Assembly: GCA_965218695.1 (NCBI GenBank)
Contig: OZ244651.1
Coordinates: 224,001-288,000 of the forward strand
Direction: 5' to 3'
DNA from: Nitrosopumilus sp.
GTDB taxonomy: Archaea; Thermoproteota; Nitrososphaeria; Nitrososphaerales; Nitrosopumilaceae
DNA length: 64,000 nucleotides
Numbering within the stretch: position 1 is the first letter of the stretch; each line of letters begins with the position of its first letter. Positions 11,087 through 20,144 of this stretch are shown in pieces. Position numbers and translations under genes: made by a program. The notes under the pieces are model-generated. The model saw only the letters and a list, made by a program, of their open reading frames with translations. It did no database searches and was not told the origin of the DNA.

Positions 11087-12300
11087 CTCTGCCGGCTCAT
11101 CTTTTTGACATACATCTGCGGATCCTTGAGCTCCCTTGTACTTGGAGGCACCTCGATTATCTTTTTGAATGCGCTCCTGCCAAGGCTCTCGTAGACTGTC
11201 CTGGTGAAATCCTTGCCCATACTCTTTCTGACCTGGTATGACGAAAAATCCGTCCCCATGAACGTGGCCAGGTAGTTTTGAAAGTCCTGATCGTCTCGCA
11301 GAATGTTCTCGATTGCAAATCCTGCCATCCCCTCCATTGCGGTAAATGCTGCATGGTGCTGCTGTATGGGAACAAGCCACCTCCTGTAGATGTCCAAGAG
11401 CTGAGGAACGGCTTGGCCGATCTGGGGATCTATCTCTACGTGCGTAAACGTCATGACGTCCGGCCCAATCTGCTCAATCAGAAAGTGATCCGGATTCAAA
11501 AAGAAGAACAGGTTGGCCCTCTTTGCAATTGGAAAGTCGTCTGGCACCGCCTGCAGCTGGCAGTACTCTGAGAGCCTGCTGACAGTATCGTCATCAAGTG
11601 ACAGTATTATGCCTGCAAGCTCCTCGTTGATTCTGTTGACCTCTGCTGCAGCACGCCTGTTTACCTGCTGCAGGTTCTCCTGCGCCGAGTGGATGATCTC
11701 CTCCAGGACTGTCATCTTTATGGCTCCCCTGTACCCTGAATTCACGTCTCCAAACTTTGACTCGTACGGTTCCCCCTGCTTGTGGAGGATTATCTGCGGA
11801 TACCTTGAGAGGATGAATCTGTTCAGGTATATCACGGAGTCCAGATAGTCGCCATACGTGGTGGTAATCTTTGATATGTACTGTATCGCATACGTCGAAT
11901 AAACAAAATACTTTGCCGTATCCTGCTGCATCAGTTCTGCTACCCTGCCGTGATCCTCCTTTGCAACCGCTGCAAAAAGATCCCTGACATACTCTGTTGC
12001 CCCCCTTTGTGCAAAGACCTTCCTGCCCTTGAGCATCTTCAGCTTGTCAAGCTCCGGAAACTCCAGCTGCAGTCCCTCCGGAATGCTGACTCCGAGGAAT
12101 TCCTCTGCCTTGCGTCTGTATGATGCAAGGGCCTCTGCTGCAACCTCGCTGATGTCCTGAAACCGCACCCTTTCACCGATATCCTCTGCGGCCATGGCAG
12201 CCATGCGTGTAATCTCCTTCTCCTCGTCGATCTCCACTGTCAGCTGGCCAAACAGGGCCTCGGCAAACTCCTCAAACTCACCCAATTCGAATAGGATCAA
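11083..12300 (-). CDS. Conserved hypothetical protein, possibly zincin-like
   Basis: 405-aa ORF; LEEIIHSAQ and AMEGMA motifs. Confidence 0.75.
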   Translation of the reverse strand: MILFELGEFEEFAEALFGQLTVEIDEEKEITRMAAMAAEDIGERVRFQDISEVAAEALASYRRKAEEFLGVSIPEGLQLEFPELDKLKMLKGRKVFAQRGATEYVRDLFAAVAKEDHGRVAELMQQDTAKYFVYSTYAIQYISKITTTYGDYLDSVIYLNRFILSRYPQIILHKQGEPYESKFGDVNSGYRGAIKMTVLEEIIHSAQENLQQVNRRAAAEVNRINEELAGIILSLDDDTVSRLSEYCQLQAVPDDFPIAKRANLFFFLNPDHFLIEQIGPDVMTFTHVEIDPQIGQAVPQLLDIYRRWLVPIQQHHAAFTAMEGMAGFAIENILRDDQDFQNYLATFMGTDFSSYQVRKSMGKDFTRTVYESLGRSAFKKIIEVPPSTRELKDPQMYVKKMSRQS

Positions 12301-12469
12301 GGCACACTACATTTAACGCTATCCTGTCCCCTGGCATGTCAGATCCGCTGTCCGTGCCATCTCAGAGCCATGGCATTTGAGAATAAACGGGCGTACAACC
12401 ATGCAGTACATGGTGAATCTGGTCGTCGGCGCCAGATGGCCAATCCCGTACCTGCCGCCACGATGCAGG

Positions 12470-13624
12470 GGGGGGGGGGTTGTCGCATAAATCAGTCAAG
12501 CCATAACCTGCCTTGCTTTTAGGTTCCGTCTGGCATGTACTAGGAATTCATCGCGGCTTTTTTGGCGTCATGCGTAGGCTACCCTGACTCCCAGGTTCGT
12601 GGTATGCTCCAGCCTGTTGAGGACCTCGATGTTCCAGCCTATCGCCTTTAGCAGCCCGAACCTTCTCTGGTTAACGTCCTTGCGGAACCTGCAGTACAGC
12701 TGGTGGTGTTCTGTCTCCTCGGCTCCGAATATTCCCTCGATCATCCCGCGCTGCTTGTAGAGGATGGCATCGAACAGTTTGGCTGCCTTTTTCCGATGTT
12801 TTTTGCCCCTGCTCTTTGCGTTCTTTCTCTGCTTGATGTTGGGAACCATGCCAAGCGCAAAGACGGCCTCGCAGTTGCTGTCAGAGTCGTATCCCTTGTC
12901 GGCGTTGAACCTCCACCCGGCAAAGATTCCCTTCATTCCAGCAATGCGGTTCAGCATCGTCTTGAGCACGGCAGTGTCCGTCGTGCGGTTGGACGTGATC
13001 CTGCAGGACAGTATGATCTGCAGTCCGACTGCCGCCGTCACGTGCCACTTGACGTACCGTTTCACCCTTTTTGGGACGAATTCGTGCCTGATTTTGTCCG
13101 GCCAGTCGGCGGTTTCGTACCTGTCCGTCTCCACTCCGGTGCTGTCTGCGGCCAGTATCCCTTCTATCGTGTCGGCTGCATCCATGCATTGGCGCGCAGT
13201 CTCCCTCAGGATTCGCTCCAGCCACCGGATTGGAATCGTCTCCAAGAATCGCGCGATCGTTGAATGGTCCGGAACCGGCTCGTGCCACGGAAGGTACCAC
13301 CCGGGCACGCAGTTTTGCGCGTCCCTGGACGTGAGACCCTCGAAGATCATGATGGCGCATATGCAGGCCATCTTCTCTGCCGAGTGTATTCTGGGTCTTC
13401 CGCGTTTACAGTTGCCTTGTTTTGCCGGCAGTGGGTTCCTCCGGACCAAAGACACGATAGTTTTTATCCGAAAGTCACGCTCTGTAGTATGTGCCCTGTG
13501 ATAACTATTCCAGTAGTTAGTCCTTCTCTTGTGATTCATTGAAGGAGGGCACACTTTATGATCCTTACCGGTATGAGTCAATGGTACGCGATCATACGCT
13601 CAACGTGATTTATGCGACAACCCC
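12470..13624 (-). mobile_element. IS5-like DDE element, transposase 12568..13581
   Basis: TIR ggggttgtcgcataaatca on both sides; TSD cgatgcagg at 12461-12469 and 13625-13633; ADSTG, ADKGYD, RGMIEGIFG motifs. Confidence 0.9.
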
Positions 13625-13668
13625 CGATGCAGGACAACAATGAAATACCAATACTGTGTGATAATGGT

Positions 13669-13974
13669 ATGGTAACACAGATCGTAATCCCGATAATCGT
13701 GGTGGCGATCATCGGACTGTCAGGATATTTCATATACAAGTTTGTGATATTTGATTTCTACTGCAAGAGATCCGTAGCCCAGATGCTTCGCGCATACAAT
13801 ATCCAAAAGACCCCCTCCCAGATAATCCAGGAGTACTATGCCCTGAAGGGCGAATCGATCCCTGCAAAGGACGTCATGGAACTCGAACGCAACTATCGGC
13901 AGACAGAGCCCGAGCAGTTCCTTGAAATGTATGATGCGGTGCGGGAAAGCCACAAGCGAAACGGAATAGAGTAA
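13669..13974 (+). CDS. Small membrane-anchored hypothetical protein
   Basis: N-terminal hydrophobic helix followed by a soluble domain. Confidence 0.75.
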   Translation: MVTQIVIPIIVVAIIGLSGYFIYKFVIFDFYCKRSVAQMLRAYNIQKTPSQIIQEYYALKGESIPAKDVMELERNYRQTEPEQFLEMYDAVRESHKRNGIE

Positions 13975-14116
13975 CACCAGTCCTCATGGGAGCATATTGC
14001 TCGGGTGTGAGGCATGTAGGTACGTCCGTGCCTGTTGCAGGAAACCGCTTCTGATGTGGCATATTGGGGAATATGGAAATAATTGAAAATAAAAATGAAG
14101 GAATTGGCGGCCAGTT

Positions 14117-14980
14117 TCAAGGATTTGTTGGGATTGCGATGAATGGCGTTCCGCCTTCGCCCACGACGAGCGGCAGTTTGCCGTCCCATGCTTGCGTCTT
14201 CAACCATTCAAGGTAGTTCGGGTTCGCGGCCAGCGCGTCGTTGATGATGGATATGGCTTCTGCCTCTCCCTTGGCCTCTGCGATGTTCGCGTTTGCGAGT
14301 CCTATGGAGTTTGCCTCCCTCTGTTTTGCCTCGACTTCTATCCTGAGCAGGTCGTTTTCAGCCTTTAGTGCCTTTTGCTCCGCTTCCACCTTTGACTCGA
14401 TTGCCTGCGAGAATAATGATGAAAACTCAAAGTCGGTGATCGATATTACCTCTGTTACTATTCCAAACTGGTTCAGCCTCTCTCGGATGGATACTTCTAT
14501 ATCGGATTTGACCAGTGGACGTTTCGTAATCAGCTCTTCTGCGTTGTAGGTTGCCGTTACCTGCTTGACCGTCTCTTCTATTGCGGGCTGGATAACCCTG
14601 TTTTCATAGTCCAGTCCCAGATTCTGGTACAGGGTGTGTATTGCCTCCTTGTCCGGGTGGTAGTTTACAGTTACAGTAGTCTCTACTGTCTGCAGGTCCT
14701 TTGATGAGCCTCTGGTGTTCTTTTCATACTTTAACGTACGAACCTCGATGTTGATTACCTCGTCCTGAAATGGCACCACAAAATGCAGCCCCTCACCCAG
14801 CGGAGGCTTTGTCAAATCCACTGCGTTCCAATGTAAAAGGACGCCCCTGTGCCCTGCCTCTACAATCTTTACTGATGCAAATATTGCAAGGCCAACTACT
14901 ATGAGTGCTATGATGGCTATTGCAACTCCTTTTGCCGCATTCGCGTTTACGTTGGTTCCTGGTGATCTGTATCTTGACAA
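14117..14980 (-). CDS. SPFH/prohibitin (band 7) family protein
   Basis: TM anchor, GEGLHFVVP, SKDLQ, EELITKR, AIE.KV.AEQ coiled coil. Confidence 0.93.
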   Translation of the reverse strand: MSRYRSPGTNVNANAAKGVAIAIIALIVVGLAIFASVKIVEAGHRGVLLHWNAVDLTKPPLGEGLHFVVPFQDEVINIEVRTLKYEKNTRGSSKDLQTVETTVTVNYHPDKEAIHTLYQNLGLDYENRVIQPAIEETVKQVTATYNAEELITKRPLVKSDIEVSIRERLNQFGIVTEVISITDFEFSSLFSQAIESKVEAEQKALKAENDLLRIEVEAKQREANSIGLANANIAEAKGEAEAISIINDALAANPNYLEWLKTQAWDGKLPLVVGEGGTPFIAIPTNP

Positions 14981-15062
14981 TTGTACATGTATGATGCATC
15001 CTTCTATTATATTATCCTTGGTAATAGCCTGTTGAATACATGATAACCCTGCCCACCCACCA

Positions 15063-15190
15063 TGTGTGACGGGCTGACCCCTGATTATGCATGGTCGTCA
15101 AGGCCTTCTTGTTGAATGGGGCTATCCGAGCTGCTGGGTTACTGGACTTCGAGTCCTGATAGATGCATGCAGCTTCCAGCCTGTCACACA
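15063..15190 (+). ncRNA. Predicted bridge (seek) RNA of IS110 copy 1
   Basis: 14-bp basal stem tgtgtgacgggctg / cagcctgtcacaca enclosing two stem/internal-loop/hairpin domains whose loops match target and donor sequences. Confidence 0.82.
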
Positions 15191-15200
15191 CGGAAAGGAG

Positions 15201-16277
15201 GTGAGAGAAATAGAAAAGAGTATTGGAATCGACATAGGAAAAAGGAAATGCGTGGCATGCGTGATGGAACACGACGGGGTGATCCTCGAAGAGTCATCGT
15301 ATGACAACACGGCCAAGGACGCGCTAGAGTTTGCCACGTCCGCAAAGGCCAGGTACGGCACATGCAGGGCAGTCTGCGAGTCCACCGGGAACCACTGGAT
15401 AAAGACTATCGATGCCTTTGAACACGTGGGAATCCCCATCGCCCTTGCAAACCCGTTCAAGATCAAGGCAATCGCGTCTGCCAGCATAAAAAACGACACC
15501 ATCGACGCAAGAACGCTTGCCCACCTGTTAAGATCCAACCTGATTCCCGCCTGCCATATTGGTTCGGCCGAATCTAGGGGGATAAAACAGATCCTCAGGT
15601 ACCAGATCCGCCTGGTGCAGGACAGGACGAGGGCGATAAATTTCGTGCACACGCTGACTGACAAGTATGACGTAAACCCGAAAGACGGCGGGAAAAACGT
15701 CTGGACCAAAAGGGTCCTGGCGTACCTTGAAGAAGCGGACGTGGAGAGTCCCCATGACAGGTTCGTCCTGGACCGCTGCATAGCCAAGATACGGCACTAC
15801 AATGACGAGATAAAAAAGACCGGGAACGAGATCAGGCGCTACGTCCGTGACGCCCACGGCCCAAAGATACTGATGAGCATTACCGGAATGGATGCGTTTT
15901 CTGCGGCGCTCCTGGCAGCAGAGATTGACACCATCGACAGGTTCGGGAACCCAAAAAAGTTCGTGTCCTGGGCGGGCATGTGCCCGACGCTCCACCAGTC
16001 AGGCGACACGTCATACCACGGCAGGATGAAAAAGGACTCGAACCGGAAGGTCAACTGGGTCATGGTCCAGTGCGCGCTGGTGGCAGTGAGACACGACCCG
16101 AGGATGAAGGAATACTACGTGCGCCTCATGAAGAGGCACAGGCACAACATCGCCATAACGCACGTCGCAAACAAGATGCTGACGATCATCTGGCACATGT
16201 TGACAGAAGACAACCTGTACGAGGACAGAAACGAAAAGCTGTACCGCGCCAAGATCAGACAAGTCATGAGGGCGTAA
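15201..16277 (+). CDS. IS110 DEDD recombinase
   Basis: GIDIGK, CESTG, KNDTIDA..LA (DEDD RuvC-like), GM.P..HQSG serine motif; start uncertain (GTG at 15201). Confidence 0.95.
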   Translation: MREIEKSIGIDIGKRKCVACVMEHDGVILEESSYDNTAKDALEFATSAKARYGTCRAVCESTGNHWIKTIDAFEHVGIPIALANPFKIKAIASASIKNDTIDARTLAHLLRSNLIPACHIGSAESRGIKQILRYQIRLVQDRTRAINFVHTLTDKYDVNPKDGGKNVWTKRVLAYLEEADVESPHDRFVLDRCIAKIRHYNDEIKKTGNEIRRYVRDAHGPKILMSITGMDAFSAALLAAEIDTIDRFGNPKKFVSWAGMCPTLHQSGDTSYHGRMKKDSNRKVNWVMVQCALVAVRHDPRMKEYYVRLMKRHRHNIAITHVANKMLTIIWHMLTEDNLYEDRNEKLYRAKIRQVMRA

Positions 16278-16635
16278 TCCGGGAACCGGTGATGATAGGC
16301 GGTACCGGATCTAGCGGATGCTGTGCACGAATTATGGGAATAATGAAACATGCTTGCATGAATGCTGGGGGACGCCCCCCAGACCCCCCGGAAGGGATTA
16401 TGCATGTCACTCCGCGGGGCAACAAGCCACGTTTTCTGCGGATCTGGCAGGATTCTGCATGCAGGTAATGCTTAAGAAGACAAAAAACACACCCAAAATG
16501 ACAAGCTGGACGCAAAACCTGGATAAGTCCGGGGATGGGTTACATAGATGCATAATTACGCCTAGCTGCAGTGAGTGATGTTGACTGTGTTCTAGACCGA
16601 AAAAGCTAAAGATCAGTGGATCCTAGAGTGTCGGA

Positions 16636-17610
16636 TTGAAGACGGACAACGAAAAATACATCAGGCGCGGCCAGGCATTAATTATTCGCGATGACCCGGA
16701 GAGATGCATCGAGGTCAAAAAGGCCAACCGTCACAAGGTCGGGGCTCCTTTCCAGTATGCAGACTCGTTCTTTGCCTCCCTGGCGGCAGTAAAATCGATG
16801 ATCCACATCCCCTACAGGAACCTGATGGGCATGGTCGTGGAGGTGCTCAGGGAGGAGCAAGTGCCCCACTATACCACCATCTTCAGAAGGATCCAGTCGC
16901 TGGATGTCCAGAGGAATGGCAGAATCATCACGGTCACCGGCAGCAAGGGCGCTGCAATCAGGCTTGCAGTGGATTCTACCGGCCTCAAGCAGCACAACAG
17001 GGGGGAGTGGATACGGCAAAAGTGGAAGGTAAGACGCGGATTTGTAAAGATGCACATTCTGGTTGACGTGGATACAAAAAAGATACTGGCAGTCCGTGTC
17101 ACCGATGATCGGACAGGGGATTCTCCCATGTTCGTTCCGCTGCTTGATGACGCTCTGGAGAACTGCGTGGGTCCGACATCAGAGTCCCGTCATGCTGGCA
17201 GTCCCGCAAAATGTTCTGCGTATGGCGATGGCGCTTACGCCTCTCGGGACAACCTAAAGGCATGCAGGGAGCGCAACGTGACCCCGCTCATCAAACTCAA
17301 GGTAAGCTCCACCCCGAAAGGAAAGGGCGCAGGCGACGTGTGGGGCATGGCAGTCCGGGACCAGTTTGGCGGCTCTGATCCCAATCGGGTGAAATGGCTG
17401 CCCGATGATGAAAAGAAAAGTAATCAGGAGGCGTGGAAGACTCGAGTCGGATACGGCAAAAGGTGGATTGTGGAGATTGTGTTTTCTGCATTCAAGAGAA
17501 TGTTCGGGGAACACCTGTACTCATTGAAATGGAAGAACATGATCCAGGAGGTCAATCTCAAGGTGGCCACCTACAACAAGCTGATAGACATGGGAGCAGG
17601 GGCAATGTAG
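16636..17610 (+). CDS. IS5-family DDE transposase, intact ORF
   Basis: VDSTGLK, KMH..VD, GDGAY, RWIVE.VFS motifs; TTG start. Confidence 0.92.
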   Translation: MKTDNEKYIRRGQALIIRDDPERCIEVKKANRHKVGAPFQYADSFFASLAAVKSMIHIPYRNLMGMVVEVLREEQVPHYTTIFRRIQSLDVQRNGRIITVTGSKGAAIRLAVDSTGLKQHNRGEWIRQKWKVRRGFVKMHILVDVDTKKILAVRVTDDRTGDSPMFVPLLDDALENCVGPTSESRHAGSPAKCSAYGDGAYASRDNLKACRERNVTPLIKLKVSSTPKGKGAGDVWGMAVRDQFGGSDPNRVKWLPDDEKKSNQEAWKTRVGYGKRWIVEIVFSAFKRMFGEHLYSLKWKNMIQEVNLKVATYNKLIDMGAGAM

Positions 17611-17941
17611 AGTCGGATAGGCGAATCCGGTACAAGTCTTGGGTGACTGAGTTGAATTATGCATCTATGTAACCCATCCCCGGACTTATCCAGGTTTTGC
17701 GTCCAGCTTGTCATTTTGGGTGTGTTTTTTGTCTTCTTAAGCGTTACCTGCATGCAGAATCCTGCCAGATCCGCAGAAAACGTGGCTTGTTGCCCCGCGG
17801 AGTGACATGCATAATCCCTTCCGGGGGGTCTGGGGGGCTGGCCCCCCAGCATTCATGTAGAAACATCCCACAATTCCCATAATTCGTGCACAGCATCCGC
17901 TAGGGCCGGCACTGCATTTACTGACACCACCGGTTCCGCGT

Positions 17942-19021
17942 CTACGCCTCCTTCATGACTTGTCTGATCTTGGCGCGGTACAGCTTTTCGTTTCTGTCCT
18001 CGTACAGGTTGTCTTCTGTCAACATGTGCCAGATGATCGTCAGCATCTTGTTTGCGACGTGCGTTATGGCGATGTTGTGCCTGTGCCTCTTCATGAGGCG
18101 CACGTAGTATTCCTTCATCCTCGGGTCGTGTCTCACTGCCACCAGCGCGCACTGGACCATGACCCAGTTGACCTTCCGGTTCGAGTCCTTTTTCATCCTG
18201 CCGTGGTATGACGTGTCGCCTGACTGGTGGAGCGTCGGGCACATGCCCGCCCAGGACACGAACTTTTTTGGGTTCCCGAACCTGTCGATGGTGTCAATCT
18301 CTGCTGCCAGGAGCGCCGCAGAAAACGCATCCATTCCGGTAATGCTCATCAGTATCTTTGGGCCGTGGGCGTCACGGACGTAGCGCCTGATCTCGTTCCC
18401 GGTCTTTTTTATCTCGTCATTGTAGTGCCGTATCTTGGCTATGCAGCGGTCCAGGACGAACCTGTCATGGGGACTCTCCACGTCCGCTTCTTCAAGGTAC
18501 GCCAGGACCCTTTTGGTCCAGACGTTTTTCCCGCCGTCTTTCGGGTTTACGTCATACTTGTCAGTCAGCGTGTGCACGAAATTTATCGCCCTCGTCCTGT
18601 CCTGCACCAGGCGGATCTGGTACCTGAGGATCTGTTTTATCCCCCTAGATTCGGCCGAACCAATATGGCAGGCGGGAATCAGGTTGGATCTTAACAGGTG
18701 GGCAAGCGTTCTTGCGTCGATGGTGTCGTTTTTTATGCTGGCAGACGCGATTGCCTTGATCTTGAACGGGTTTGCAAGGGCGATGGGGATTCCCACGTGT
18801 TCAAAGGCATCGATAGTCTTTATCCAGTGGTTCCCGGTGGACTCGCAGACTGCCCTGCATGTGCCGTACCTGGCCTTTGCGGACGTGGCAAACTCTAGCG
18901 CGTCCTTGGCCGTGTTGTCATACGATGACTCTTCGAGGATCACCCCGTCGTGTTCCATCACGCATGCCACGCATTTCCTTTTTCCTATGTCGATTCCAAT
19001 ACTCTTTTCTATTTCTCTCAC
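17942..19021 (-). CDS. IS110 DEDD recombinase, copy 2
   Basis: Protein identical to copy 1 except the last residues (MKEA vs MRA). Confidence 0.95.
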   Translation of the reverse strand: MREIEKSIGIDIGKRKCVACVMEHDGVILEESSYDNTAKDALEFATSAKARYGTCRAVCESTGNHWIKTIDAFEHVGIPIALANPFKIKAIASASIKNDTIDARTLAHLLRSNLIPACHIGSAESRGIKQILRYQIRLVQDRTRAINFVHTLTDKYDVNPKDGGKNVWTKRVLAYLEEADVESPHDRFVLDRCIAKIRHYNDEIKKTGNEIRRYVRDAHGPKILMSITGMDAFSAALLAAEIDTIDRFGNPKKFVSWAGMCPTLHQSGDTSYHGRMKKDSNRKVNWVMVQCALVAVRHDPRMKEYYVRLMKRHRHNIAITHVANKMLTIIWHMLTEDNLYEDRNEKLYRAKIRQVMKEA

Positions 19022-19031
19022 CTCCTTTCCG

Positions 19032-19159
19032 TGTGTGACAGGCTGGAAGCTGCATGCATCTATCAGGACTCGAAGTCCAGTAACCCAGCAGCTCGGATAG
19101 CCCCATTCAACAAGAAGGCCTTGACGACCATGCATAATCAGGGGTCAGCCCGTCACACA
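19032..19159 (-). ncRNA. Predicted bridge RNA of IS110 copy 2
   Basis: Reverse complement of 15063-15190. Confidence 0.82.
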
Positions 19160-19215
19160 TGGTGGGTGGGCAGGGTTATCATGTATTCAACAGGCTACTT
19201 GGTAACGGACGTGCA

Positions 19216-19294
19216 GTACGGACTCGCCCAATACATTTCTAGGGACGAATTTGCATGAATCATGCCTGTGTTTATAAGGGATCCGAGTGCGTAC
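19216..19294. mobile_element. ~80-bp MITE, copy A
   Basis: gtacggactcg...cgagtgcgtac TIR; flanks gacgtgca / ggcgtgca (7/8); similar to 35730 and 50192. Confidence 0.8.
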
Positions 19295-19432
19295 GGCGTG
19301 CATGCTCGCCGCCTCCAAAATCAGGCGTGTCCATTTGCATGATTCATGTCCATGCAGATCCCGTAGGCCGGATTTTGCAAATGTGGAGAACGCCCGGGCA
19401 TATCAACAGATTTATCTCATGACTGCATACGG

Positions 19433-19903
19433 TTGGTAATGGAGCACGACTTTATCTGGGCGTACATGCTCATATTTCTGGCAATCCCACTTGCAAGAAT
19501 CATTCCCAGACTGCTGTCCCGAAGAGCCCGGGGTGACCGATACCCGGACATTGGGCAGGAATCAAGCCCCAAGGCGTCCAAAGGGGAGCCGGAGCCGTCA
19601 AAGCATGAAGACATCTCAGGACATGAAGACCCATCAGGAAAAGATGCCGACAGGCACCAAAAGATACCAGAGCCATCCAAGCCGCAGACAAAAGAGATGG
19701 TCGTTCTTGGCGAGCTTCACAGGGGGGCCAGAACCTTTGAGAACATTCAAAAGAATACGGGCATGGACGGCGGCGTCCTTGAGAGGATCCTTGAGAAACT
19801 GGAGAAAGACGGCCTGCTAAAGGTGGTCCAAAGACAGCGCATGCTTGGTTCCAGAGTCGAACTGCACCCCACCGACAAGGGGTTCAGGGAGTACTACTCT
19901 TAG
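19433..19903 (+). CDS. Membrane-anchored winged-helix protein
   Basis: N-terminal TM helix, low-complexity linker with an 18-bp duplication, LE.LEKDGL...TDKG wHTH. Confidence 0.75.
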   Translation: MVMEHDFIWAYMLIFLAIPLARIIPRLLSRRARGDRYPDIGQESSPKASKGEPEPSKHEDISGHEDPSGKDADRHQKIPEPSKPQTKEMVVLGELHRGARTFENIQKNTGMDGGVLERILEKLEKDGLLKVVQRQRMLGSRVELHPTDKGFREYYS

Positions 19904-20029
19904 TCGTGTGGCTCGTATCTGGTGACAAGGCCGCTGCATGCTCCTGTGTCCAACAAACATGATGCAATGCCTGAAGAGATTGACTGGGGCGTGGAAAACA
20001 CCATGCGCATTCCTCTGCATTATTTTATA

Positions 20030-20144
20030 TGCCGGGGGCGGGTTTCGAACCCGCGACCTCCAGATTATGAGTATTGCCTTAGTTGGAGAAACCCTGGAGT
20101 TTGCCAATCAAGCTGGCACTCTAACCAGGCTGAGCTACCCCGGC
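20030..20144 (-). tRNA. tRNA-Met(CAT), elongator type, with 40-nt intron at 30/31 (20073-20112)
   Basis: Spliced product gives CCAGA-CTCATAA-TCTGG anticodon arm; exact bulge-helix-bulge at the junctions. Confidence 0.92.

Larger units (their letters stand above)
15035..16548 (+). mobile_element. IS110-family element, copy 1
   Basis: Flanked by TG core at 15033-15034 and 16549-16550; imperfect sub-terminal IR atgataaccc / gggttacat; no own TSD. Confidence 0.92.
17664..19187 (-). mobile_element. IS110-family element, copy 2 (inverted)
   Basis: Reverse complement of copy 1; CA core at 17662-17663 and 19188-19189. Confidence 0.92.
15025..19197 (+). mobile_element. IS5/IS903-like element with an IS110 insertion in each TIR
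   Basis: 8-bp TSD cttggtaa at 15017-15024 and 19198-19205; removing both IS110 copies restores a perfect 17-bp TIR tagcctgtTGcataatt. Confidence 0.9.

Noticed and set aside
15087-15200. 38-aa N-terminal extension of the IS110 recombinase (ATG at 15087, and 19135 in copy 2)
   Set aside because: It overlaps the structured bridge RNA. The catalytic GID motif normally lies a few residues from the start, and a purine-rich SD-like tract sits at ~15192-15204.
15025-19197. Classical composite transposon formed by two IS110 copies carrying a cargo gene
   Set aside because: IS110 makes no TSD. The 8-bp TSD and outer bases belong to the central IS5 element, whose TIRs are restored by removing the IS110 copies.
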